Positions 18,764-38,948 of a stretch of DNA of 64,000 bases are shown here, in pieces. Location of the stretch: the NCBI RefSeq assembly GCF_009914755.1, contig NC_060925.1. One strand, written 5' to 3'. The position numbers were made by a program, and so were the translations under genes. Below the pieces are notes generated by a model. That model did not search any database, was not told where the DNA came from, and saw only the letters and a program-made list of their open reading frames with translations. This stretch comes from the human T2T-CHM13v2.0 reference genome, Homo sapiens. Numbering within the stretch: the stretch's first letter is position 1; the number at the start of each line of letters is the position of its first letter.

Positions 18764-19378
18764 TAAGTACTGTACAAGATCCCATGAGTGCTCAAGGAAC
18801 AAGGAAATGAATGACATTTGAGCTCAAAATCCAGAGAGACATAGAAATGGATGATCTAGGAAATGCTATATTCTACTTTCCTTATCCATCCTCTAATTAG
18901 TTAAGTCAGTGTGAGTTATCCTGAAAATTGTATGTGGTTATGAATAGAAATGCAACTGAAGCAAAGAAAGGAAGAAATAACTTTAGGCCAATATTTTTGC
19001 TTTGACTTAATGTTGAAATTTATAATTACAAGAAAGATTTTCGGGAGTGTAGTGGGCATATGAGTGTAGACACACATAAATACACACATAATACATATAT
19101 AGATACATACCTGTATATGTATATATAAACATATAGATGTATGTTCTTCTAAGTGGTTGAATTTAACAGTGATAAAGCTTAATAGTAAACTCTGGCAGTC
19201 ATGTCTCTTATGTGGTCAGAAGAATGAAGCAAGAAGCCAGGAGGTGGGACAGGAGCCTGAGGCCTTTCGACTACTTAGGCCCAGCCTTGAGGAAGGCAAT
19301 TGAAAAGTAGTCTTACAATAGCTACGTCAGGAACAAAATATAAAAGTTGTCTTTTCCCCAGAGTTTATGTAATAATAA

Positions 19379-19513
<135 letters not shown>

Positions 19514-20762
19514 TAAGAAAGTATACTGTGGCACCAAATACTTTATCAAAATGATCAGTAAGTAGTAGAGTTCTAACATAAAAGGGAATTACTTATGCAG
19601 TCTGGAATTTTCTCAAGGAAGCTAACGAGAAAGCACAAAGAAAATTAACAAAACACAGCAGGCATAAAAGAAGCAGTCTTACACAGTAGAAAGAGTCAGT
19701 CCCTAACATGACTGGTCTCAGCCAGAGGCCCAGACCCTTCACATCCTTGCCTCAGAGAGAGTACCTCATCTCCACTCTTTGTTTGATGCTCTCACTGTCT
19801 GTCTTGCATTGCTTCTTTCCCAAGTGAGAGATTAGTGTCAGTGTCTCTATCATGTAGACTTTCTGAACTCAGAATTAGGGCTGATAGCACATCCTTGGGA
19901 GAATAATCCAACCCTTACTCTTCTCTAGAGCCTATCAGCTATGAAGAAATAGTCTAGTCCAAAAAGAGTCCTTGAGTGTTGTCTTCCTTGACATAAGAGT
20001 CCTTGAGTGTTGACATAAACAGAGGTACAATCAGAGGGGGTCAAGAACACTTTTCCTAGCAATGATGCGGCCATTTTAGAAAGGAGGGTGTTAACATTTG
20101 GAAAAAATAATCTGCTGATTATATTGAATGGCGTGATGTCCTTGAGTGGATCGTCTTCCAAGTACTGTTTTTGTACCTAATCTTAATTCAGTACCTCGTC
20201 AAACCTGCATGGAAGAGCTTTAGATAAATGTCTGTTGGGATTTGCGGAAGACCAGAATGGGGCATACGGAAAAGGAGAATGGATGAAGAAAAGGGTAGAA
20301 GGGCAGTGGGGTAGTTGTTGCATATCGGGAAGGCGGAAGTACTAGACCTTGTAGAAAAAAATATGTAGGTCGAAATCCCAGTCTTCTATTTATATCGTGT
20401 CTGAAGAGGTGCATATACCTAAAACAACCACAAACACCTCGCCCTGTGAGGGTGACGGAATCAATTACTTAATCACGGAAAGCAGATGTGATGTGAGCGT
20501 GAACATACTGGACTGGAGTTCAGAAAACATGACGGGGTTCAACTCCTGGCCCTGGCCCTGTGGCTCTGGCCATGCTGTCACCTCTTGGAGCATCTACCGC
20601 TTCCCTTGTGGAGGGGGCTGGCGTCCCCATGGGTACTGGCCAGCCTGTGAAGCTCTGCACAAGTCTCCAGCTTCTCCCCTGGACAGTCGCCCAAGGAACA
20701 GCTGTATGAGGAAGGGCAAAATCAGCATCATTTCATGAGCTGCTTCTCTTTTTTCATCTTAG

Positions 20763-20806
20763 GTTGTAAGACACCAATAGGAAAACCAGCCACTGCAAAA
20801 CTTTAA
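20763..20806 (+). CDS. GNPAT: GNPAT last coding exon (16): GCKTPIGKPATAKL*, C-terminal PTS1 (AKL)
   Basis: catcttag acceptor; GCA AAA CTT TAA ends in the peroxisomal targeting tripeptide. Confidence 0.96.
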
Positions 20807-21265
20807 TAATCAACAAATAGTTATGGAAAATTCGGTCACGTAATTACTCTCATCGAAGGACTCATTACAACAAACAGGGAAGTAAAGGAAGAGACACATC
20901 CTCTCATACTCCCTGAGACTCTGAGAACAGTGGACGCAGAGGGAAGAGATGATCATTGGAAGCAATCAGTTTACTCTTCCCCACCACAGTGGTTAAAAGG
21001 CGTTTGTATCTGACACTATGTGTGTGTTTTAAAATAAACTTTTGGAAACATGTTTGGAAAAGCAAAGCTCAGCTCATTTCACTAACACTTTTCAGCTTAC
21101 TATATGTATTAAACTTTTATGTTGACTTTTGAATTAAAGTATGACAACACTGAAAGCTCTGGATATTAAAAGAAAATGAAAAGGGCATATCTACGTTACT
21201 TGTAGCTTGCTTTAATTAAAGTTGCCTCAAACAAGTACAAATTTGAAAGAGATATTTAATAAATT
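20807..21265 (+). terminator. GNPAT: GNPAT 3' UTR with clustered polyadenylation signals
   Basis: AATAAA at 21033 and 21258; ATTAAA at 21108, 21133, 21165 and 21215; cleavage sites cannot be determined from sequence alone. Confidence 0.75.
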
Positions 21266-21649
21266 AGCTAGCTTACTTTAAATGTTGGCCACCCTAGGGC
21301 CTTAATTAACAAAAATGAATTAGTCAAGTATGTGCAACAAAAAGATGCTGTGTGATGCACCATAAATATGTGTAAGAATTCAAGAGAAGAGAAATTTAGA
21401 GTAAGTAGGTAACACCAGAAACCTTGGCAAGTAGCCACCTCTGGAAGTGACATGTAAGCTGAGAACTGGATTGAGCAGGAGCCAGCCCCTAGAGTGGCAG
21501 GGTTGGAGTGACGGAGGAAGGGACAGTGGAGTGCAGTGTGCCAGGAGAAAATAGTGATCAGGACGTCCTGGGGCAGGTTCCAGAGCTCCCAAAAGATCAA
21601 CATGGCTGGAACAAGAGTCACAGATAGTGAAATTGAAGACAGAGGCAGG

Positions 21650-22005
21650 CGCATTAGTCAGTTTCAGGGTGCCATAACACAACAGCTTAAACACAGCTTA
21701 GGCAGCTTAAACACAGACCTATTTTCTCACATTTGTGGAGACTGAAAGTCCCAGATCAAGGTACTTGCATAGTAGGTTCATTTTGAGGCCCCTTTCTGGG
21801 CTTGTAGGTGGCTGCCATCTTACCGTGTGCTCAGAATGACCTCTGGGTGTACTCGGAGAAGAAGCAAGTTCTCTGATGCCTCTTCTTTTAAGGACACTGA
21901 TCCCATCATGAGGCCCCCGTCGTGACTTCATCTAACATTAATCACCTCAAAGACTCCTCTCCAAATATAGGCACATTGGGTTAAAGGTTTCAACATATGA
22001 ATTTG
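21650..22005. mobile_element. MaLR LTR (MLT1-type)
   Basis: tattttctcacatttgtggagactgaaagtcccagatcaagg ... aaggacactgatcccatcatgagg ... gtttcaacatatgaattt. Confidence 0.7.
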
Positions 22006-22719
22006 ATTCATGTTGGGATTACAGGCATAAGCCACTGCGCCCGGCCTCAAAAGTCTCTTAAGGCGGGATTCTGGGATTACCTGCATTCAGGGGTCCTGCA
22101 ATGTGTGTGTGTGTTCCCCAGGACCAGGCTGTTTCTGCTGCACATTGAGATCGGAGAGCCATCTTCTCCATGCATTGGTGACCAGGAGGCCCTCTCTGTG
22201 GCTCTGCTTGGGGCTGGTTCTCGATTTCTTTGGGAAGCCAGGGAGGAGTCTGTTGAGATTGACCAAGAGCGAGTTGAAGAGTCAGTTGAACAGTGTTCCT
22301 GGCTGAGGACTCTCCTGTATGCCTGTTGAATAGGGGACCTGAGCTGCTGTTCTCCAGGGAGAGAAAAGCTGTGAGTCCAGGGCAATTGGGAGAACAGGAC
22401 CCTGGCCAATTCTTGCAATGTAGACATGCCTTAGAAAGAATCCCCATACACCCAATTCGTTACTTGTTTTTCTTTACCCTGACACTCATGCTGTGCATGT
22501 ACATGTTGAAGAATGAGTCAGATGACCTTTATTTCCTTGTAGGTCTGTTTGTAACACATGCCAAGTTTAGACAAAGACTTTGGAGTTTTGGGTGCAAGTG
22601 GCTAGACTTGTCTCCTGGCCAGCTCTGTCATTAGTCAAGCAAGCAGACAATGTGGAGGTGAAAGGAAAATGGGGTGCAGTGAAAACCAAATGAGGCTCTG
22701 CAGCAGAAGCAGCTCTAGG

Positions 22720-23502
22720 TGGCTGGGCATGGTGGCTCACACCTGTGATCCCAGCACTTTGGGAGGCTGAGGCCAGCGGATCATGAGGTCAAGATATCAA
22801 GACCAGCCTGGCCAACATGGTGAAACCCCATCTCTACTAAAAATACAAAAGATTAGCTGGGCGTGGTGACACGCGCCTGTAGTCCCAGCTACTTGTGAGG
22901 CTGAGGCAGGACAATTACTTGAACCCGGGAGACAGAGGTTACAGTGAGCCAAGATAGCGCCACTGCCTGGTGACAGAGCGAGACTCCGTCTAAAAAAAAA
23001 AACAAGAAAAAAAAAGAAGCTCCAGGCATGGGAGCAGAGCTTATCACTTCTCAATTTCGTCATTAACCACCCTCTCTCGACACTTTAAATAAACCTAAAA
23101 TTATTGTGAAAGAATAACATGCTTACTGTGCTACCAACCTTCAAAGTATGTACTCTGTCCCCAACCCCAGACCTGCTGCTACACACACCCATACCTTTCA
23201 ACCACATTGCTAGCTGGATGCAGAGGCTCGGGCCTGTAATCCCAGCACTTTGGGAGGCCAAGGCGAGAGGACCACTTGAGCCCAGGAGTTCAAGACCAGC
23301 CTGGGCAACATAGTGGACCCCATCTCTACAAAAAATACAAAAATTAGCTGGATGTAGTGGGACACACCTGTAGTCCCAGCTACTCAGGAGGCTGAAATGA
23401 GAGGATCACTTGAGCCTGAGAAGTCAAGGCTGCAGTGAGCTGTAACTGCACCACTGTACTCCAGCTTGGATGATGAGTGAGACCCTGTCTGAAAAAAAAA
23501 AA
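22720..23502 (+). mobile_element. Two sense Alus (AluS ~22720-23017; AluJ ~23212-23502)
   Basis: Alu consensus blocks with poly-A tails. Confidence 0.85.
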
Positions 23503-23525
23503 ACATGGCTTATGCCCCTTCACTA

Positions 23526-24790
<1,265 letters not shown>

Positions 24791-24976
24791 ATTTGCATCC
24801 TTCACTCACAAACGGCCTCGGCCAGCTGCTCGACATTATATTGTGGCGCATTGCTGCAGCACCCCACTCACAGATATCTGCCACCTTTCAAGTTCAGCTG
24901 AGCCATGGCAGAAATCACAACTCTTCCCTCCTCCCTTCCTCCCATCAATAAAATGGAATTATTCAGCGTGAGGTAG

Positions 24977-28400
<3,424 letters not shown>

Positions 28401-28622
28401 TTACGTGAGCAACTTTTGCACAGGAATCCCATGGAAACTTACTGCTGCAAAATCAAGCACAGTTCAAGAAATCATATCAGCTTTGTTATCTCAGCTTCCC
28501 CTCATGGGTCTTACAGATGTCAAGAAAATGATGCCCATTTACAAAAGAATGGCCAAAGTCAAAGGAAATAGTCAAGGGACTTGTCCCTGCAGGGTGGAAA
28601 TTTTCAAATATTAAGAACTGGG

Positions 28623-29462
<840 letters not shown>

Positions 29463-30115
29463 TCAGGCACATGAATCAGGACAAAGACTGGTGCAGGGAT
29501 CAGGGTCCCTTGGCCTGATCCTCAACAGAGATCTGGGGCTTGTGCATATATGTGAGGATAATGGAAATAGGGTGGAGAAAAACTTCTGAGAGTCCTTTCC
29601 ACAGGATCCCAGTGCATTATGTTATCAAAACCTGTTGGTGAAGTCCTAATTGGGTGACAGTTTGCTAGGGAGCATCTGGGGATATAGAGATTGATGAGAT
29701 GAAGGTGAAAGTTTGCATGAAAATTGGAACATTAGAACGGACTTCCTGTGAAGTGCTTGTGTATCCTCTACCTAAGTGTATTATTAGATGGAATCATGTC
29801 TGACTGGGAGCACTTCCCATTCCTAGTATTATAAAATCAAAGGTATGTAAGTTTGCCCTTCTGCAATCATTAATTGGGCATATTAAATGGGAACCTATAG
29901 AATTGCCTGAGCCCGCATAGCTTGTTAATTTGACACAGTGTCAGATGAATCCTGGTAGACAAAAAGAGATTACCACTTTAACTGCTGACATGTTAGAAGT
30001 TGGAGTGCTGGTACTAACAAATGTTCTGTACAAATGTCCCATGTGTGGCCCATGAAAAAGGGAAGTGGCTCATCAAGATTGCAGTAGATTTTCCAGGCTT
30101 GAATAAAGTAGTATT

Positions 30116-31013
<898 letters not shown>

Positions 31014-31014
31014 T

Positions 31015-31220
31015 AGAACAACTATTTCCATAGCGTTTGCTCTGTGTTAGTTATTGTAAGTAATCTAGTGATGATTTAAAATATAGGGAAGGATGTGCAT
31101 GGGTTATATGCAAATACTATGTCATTTTAAAAAAGATACTTCAGCCCCTTGAGATTTTAGTATCCCCTTAGGGAGGGGTCCTAGAACTAATTCCCCACAG
31201 ATACCCAGGGACACCTGTAT
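31015..31220. mobile_element. MER2 DNA transposon fragment
   Basis: gtaatctagtgatgatttaaaatatagggaaggatgtgcatgggttatatgcaaatactatgtcatttta...cccccacagatacccagggacacctgta. Confidence 0.75.
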
Positions 31221-31878
31221 CTGAAATTGCATTTCCACAGACTAGAGTCTATGGTAAAAAACCACAAGTGCTGCCTAATGGTGAGCACTTGAATTTTGGC
31301 CCAGAAAATTTCCAGATGGGACGGTATGGTATGTGTCATTTCGGAGACAATTATTGGGTCGCTATTTTGGGGGCATTAATTGAAAGTGCTCGTAGGACTG
31401 AAAGATATTAAATATTCTGAAGATCTGACATACCCATGATGTCTTGGGTGATGTCAGAGAAATACTAATGAGGAAGCTACTGCCCAGAAGAGCTGACTTT
31501 GTAATAAAATGGAAATAATTTATACAGGAACATGATACTGGAGGAATGCAAAGAGGTTTGCATCATATTCACAAGCAGGTAGGCTCATTACCTCTAGGAC
31601 CAACTTTGGAACCATATGAGGCGCTGCCAGATCCTATAGACATGTGTCTGGTGATGCCTCATGAACACCTCTCCACTGACCAATAAAAATCTCCTTGGTT
31701 TACATTAACACTTCTAAAGTAGACGGTCAGCATCCTGTTTGGAAAGGTCCCCACTGTAACCAACTGATGGTAAAATGAATTGAAGAGGTTGAGAACAAGT
31801 AAGCTCAGTGAGCTGAACTGCATGCTATTTTCCTTGCAGTGATGGAAGAATTAAACAATTAGAGCCCTGAAGTCTAGA

Positions 31879-33292
31879 TGTGTCCGGAATTGGTGGGCTC
31901 TTGGTCTCACTGACTTCAAGAATGAAGCCGTGGACCCTCGCGGTGAGTGTTACAGTTCTTAAAGGTGGCGTGTCCAGAGTTTTTTCCTTCTGATGTTCGG
32001 ATGTGTTCGGAGTTTCTTCCTTCTGGTGGGTTCGTGGTCTCGCTGGTGCAGGAGTGAAGCTGCAGACCTTCGCCACGAGTGTCACAGCTCTTAACGCGGC
32101 ACGTCTGGAGTTGTTTGTTTCTCAGGGTGGGTTTGTGGTCTTGCTGGCTTCAGGAGTGAAGCTGCAGACCCTTGCTCTCAATGTTACAGCTCATAAAGGC
32201 AGTGTGGACCCAAAGAGTGAGCAGCAGCAAGATTTATTGCAAAGAGCGAAAGAACAAAGCTTCCACAGTGTGGAAGGGGACCCACTTCGGTTGCCACTGC
32301 TGGCTTGGGCTGCCTGCTTTTATTCTCTTATCTGGCCCTACCCACATCCTGCTGATTGGTCCATTTTACAGAGAGCGGAGTGGTCTGTTTTGACAGGGCG
32401 CTGATTGGTGTGTTTACAATCCCTGAGCTAGACACAAAGGTTCTCCACGTCCCCACCAGATTAGTTAGATACAGAGTATCCACACAAAGGTTCTCCAAGG
32501 CCCCACCAGAGTAGCTGGATACAGAGTGTCCATTGGTGCACTCACAAACCCTGAGCTAGACACAGGGTGCTGATTGGTGTGTTTACAAACCTTGAGCTAG
32601 ATACAGAGTGCCGATTGGTGTATTTACAATCCCTGAGCTAGACATAAAGGTTCTCCACATCCCCACCAGACTCAGGAGCCCAGCTGGCTTCACCCAGTGG
32701 ATCCCGCACAGGGATGCTGTGCACCCGCACTCCTTGGCCCTTGGGTGGTCGATGGGACTGGGCACCATGGAGCAGAGGGTGGCGCTCGTTGGGGAGGCTC
32801 GGGCAGCACAGGAGCCCATGGAGGTGGTGCGAGGCTCAGGCATGGCGGGCTGCAGGTGCCGAGCCCTGCCCCGCGGGAAGGCAGCTAAGGCCCGGTGAGA
32901 AATCGAGCACAGTGCCGGTGGGCTGGCACTGCTGGGGGACCCAGTACACCCTCCGCAGCCGCTGGCCCAGGTGCTAAGTCCCTCATTGCCCGGGGCTGGC
33001 AGGGCCGGCCGGCTGCTCCGAGTGTGGAGCCCCCCAAGCCCACGCCCACCCAGAACTCCAGCTGGCCCGCAAGCGCCGGGTGCAGCCCCAGTTACCACTC
33101 GCGCCTCTCCGTCCACACCTCCCTGCAAGCTGAGGGAGCCGGCTCCAGCCTTGGCCAGCCCAGAAAGGGGCTCCCACAGTGCAGCGGTGGGCTGAAGGGC
33201 TCCTCAAGTGCCGCCAAAGTGGGAACCCAGGCAGAGGAGGTGCCGAGAGCGAGTGAGGGCTGTGAGGACTGCCAGCACGCTGTCACCTCTCA
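31879..33292 (-). mobile_element. Solo LTR12C (ERV9 LTR)
   Basis: Minus strand starts TGAGAGGTGACAGCGTGCTGGCAGTCCTCACAGCCC and ends CCCACCAATTCCGGACACA; CCAAT-containing internal repeats at 32350-32660. Confidence 0.93.
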
Positions 33293-33353
33293 CCTTGGCC
33301 AAGGATGTGGATCTCACCCTTTACTTTCTGCCTTAGAAGTAATCTTATTTCCT

Positions 33354-34268
<915 letters not shown>

Positions 34269-34904
34269 CATATATATTCTAATACCATCACTTTGGAGCT
34301 TAGGATTTCAACATAGGAATTTCCACAGGGACAGCAACATTCAGACCATAGCAAAGGCCTCCTGGAGGCTGCTGCCTCAACTTCATCAAAACTGCCGCTA
34401 AAGCCTCCTGGAGGCTGCTGCCTCAACTGCATCTTCAGCAGTCTAGGGTGTGTCAGCTCAGGGATAACAGAAGGCTGCCTTTCAAAGTTGTGTCTCAATA
34501 AGAAGGTCACCGGTTGTGGCTTGTAGAAAGTTTCTTATTAGTGTTCTTCAGATAACTATGAATGAAAGAATTCTAGGTGGTTGTTTGGTTTTCTAAATCT
34601 CATTTATGAAGAGTTTGCATTTCTTTTGTGATTTTGACACACACTGTGTGATGAAACAGAGTCCTTCTTCATGCTTGTAAGCTGTGGGTAAGGTAGTCCT
34701 ACGGGAATGGGCTTTTATAAGGACCCGTGGACACCCACTGCTTGGTTTCCTTTTAGGTCCGATTTCCTGTCTTCTAGGTTTCATGTTTCTCGTTGAAATT
34801 AAGGGTTGAGAATATAGGTAGGTGTATATTTATTTATCCCTCAATTCTGGAGAGAAGAAGATCTGTTTTCAAGGCATCTGAGCCTCAGAAACTCTACCTT
34901 GAAG

Positions 34905-35080
34905 TCAGTGGTTGTCAAATAAGGGCAATTTTGCAATGTCTGGAGAGAATTTTGATTGTCACAACTGGGGAGTGCTGCTGGCACCTCCTGGACTGAGACC
35001 AAGGATGCTGTGGAGCACCCTGAAACAAAGGTCAGCCCCCCAATGAAGAGTCATCTAGTCCCAAATGTCACTAGTACTGC
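34905..35080. mobile_element. MER20 DNA transposon
   Basis: cagtggttgtcaa...gcaatgtctggagagaattttgattgtcacaactgggg...aaggatgctg...ccaaatgtcactagt. Confidence 0.7.
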
Positions 35081-36099
35081 TGCTCCTGGGGTCAATTTTA
35101 CCTTCTCCCCTGCCACTGAGAAAGCTGAAGGAAGGATGAGAGCCCAGGCATTCAGCCAGACTCCTGGACATGTGGACCATGGAATTACCTGACTAAGGCT
35201 GCAGGTTTAAAAATGCCATCCAGCTTTAATTTTTGGAATGTAAGAAACAAGCATCATTAAGAGGAATTTATTTAAAGCATTTTCCTGGAACAAAATGATA
35301 TTTGTTTGGAGATACAGCTGCAGCCAGAGATGTTAAAACTTCTTTCCACAGTTTGGCATCTGTCTATGGGTTTGCATCATTCTCTTCTCTCGTTACCAAC
35401 TAGGGGTCTTTATTTCTTGTGGTCCCTGCGCCTTCCAGTTGCTCATGAGCTTCATGTCACAAAATCGAGGGTTGCAGAGAAAGATTGACCCCTTCATGCT
35501 GCCTCCAGCTTCCAGGAAGTACCATGTCTGTCCACGTCTGGCTAGGTAACTCTCTGGGCAGCTGCTGCCAGAATTATGTGGCTGAAATGAGGAAGAAGAA
35601 GCCCTTTCCTGAAAGAGGGGTTGTGCCAGGGGCCAAGGTGGAGTGTTCTATGTTCTAAGAGGACACTTTCTGAATCAGGCCCCTGAGTTGATGTTATGTC
35701 TCTTGACTGGGGAGTAATCACCAGGACTTTGGGGTTCCTAGAATTGGATTACAGTGTGATGGCTGTGTTTATGTCACAGTGGAGGCTGAGACATAGGAGT
35801 AGAGCTGAGAAACATCTGAGGCAATCTTGAAGCTGGCCTGGCAGCTGGACCGTGCAGGACTCTGGGGATGAGGAAAGGCTACCGCTGGGTAGGGCGGATG
35901 TGGACATTGCAAGCGTGGGTACTGTGGATGAAGACACGGCTGGACAGTGTAGGAGTGGGCACTGGGGATGAGCTGGGCAGTGCAGGTGGAAGGACCTGGG
36001 AGTGAGGAAAGGCTGCAGCCCCTGCACTGCTGCTGCCAGAGGTTCCCACCTAGCAGGAGGTGATTTGCATTCTTCTTGCAGTGCCTGTAACAGTGTATA

Positions 36100-36370
36100 C
36101 AGTTGTCCCTCAGTATCCTTGGGAGATCCTTCCAAGACTCCCAATCTGCAGATGTTCAAATACCTTATTTAAAACAAATTTTATTTGCATAGAACCCAAG
36201 CACATCTTCCCACATACTTGAAATCATCTATACCTGAAACAATGTAAATGCTGTGTAAATAGGTATTCTAGTTTTTTGCTTGTATTTTGTTTTGTTATTT
36301 TTATTGTGTTTATTTTTCCAAATATATTTGATCCAAACAAGGTTGTTTGAATCCCAGGATGCAGAAGACC
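36100..36370. mobile_element. MER2 DNA transposon
   Basis: cagttgtccctcagtatcc...atctgcagatgttcaaataccttat...aaatcatcta...acaatgtaaatgctgtgtaaatag. Confidence 0.75.
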
Positions 36371-37020
36371 AATAGAAACTGATTTCTGTGAGCAACAACA
36401 TAATGAGACTTATCAACCTGAGTACAACAGCAGGCATCACTGTAGTCCCTGCACTGGGCTGTGCGTGACTGCTGTGTAGTCCCTGCACTGGGCTGTGAGG
36501 AGGCACTGCATCCTCGGGTATTGTCCCTCTGTGATGGGGCCCAGTTTGCCGGAGTTCCACTGAGGCAGGACTCAGCACTAGGCAGTGAACAGATCCTGTT
36601 TCTGAGGTGTCTTCTACATGTTCTGCTGCCTCAGGGATGAGGAGCAACCTTGGCTCCACCTGTCTCCACCAATGTGTAAAGCCAATTTCCTACTGAAGGC
36701 AGGGAACACCACCACCTCCCACCTGCAGTCCCCGACCCTATGCAGTTTACACAGTGTCTCTTCATTCGTTAGTTGTCATGGTGAAGAAAGAAGTCAGTAG
36801 CAAAATGACCCTCTTATGGAATTATGAAATGGGGTTGTCATGGGGAACAGTGATCTGCAGGGGACCTGGGGACCTTGACACTAAGCAAGTGAGAAGGCAG
36901 CCAGCTGTCCTTTAACAGCTACTGTTTGTCCAGCATGCAGGTAAGTTAGTCCCAGTGACTCCAGTAGACCATGACGGTGATAATGCAAGAGGGGTGCTAA
37001 CTCGAAATAGTGGCTTTACA

Positions 37021-37720
<700 letters not shown>

Positions 37721-37852
37721 GAAATAGTGGCCTTACATGTGCTGCACTAAGAGCTTCACAGATACTCACCCAGACCAATGTTCAGAGACAGGGAGCATCC
37801 CCATGAGAAGTAGAGGAAGCTGAAGATGAGGAGCTGATCCCCTCACACTGTA

Positions 37853-38948
<1,096 letters not shown>

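Noticed and set aside
32350-32660. Tandem ~40-70 bp repeats with CCAAT boxes
   Set aside because: Normal U3 enhancer repeats of LTR12C, not an independent element.
35749-36659. 136-aa and 143-aa minus-strand ORFs
   Set aside because: They overlap MER2 and low-complexity sequence; no homology recognisable.
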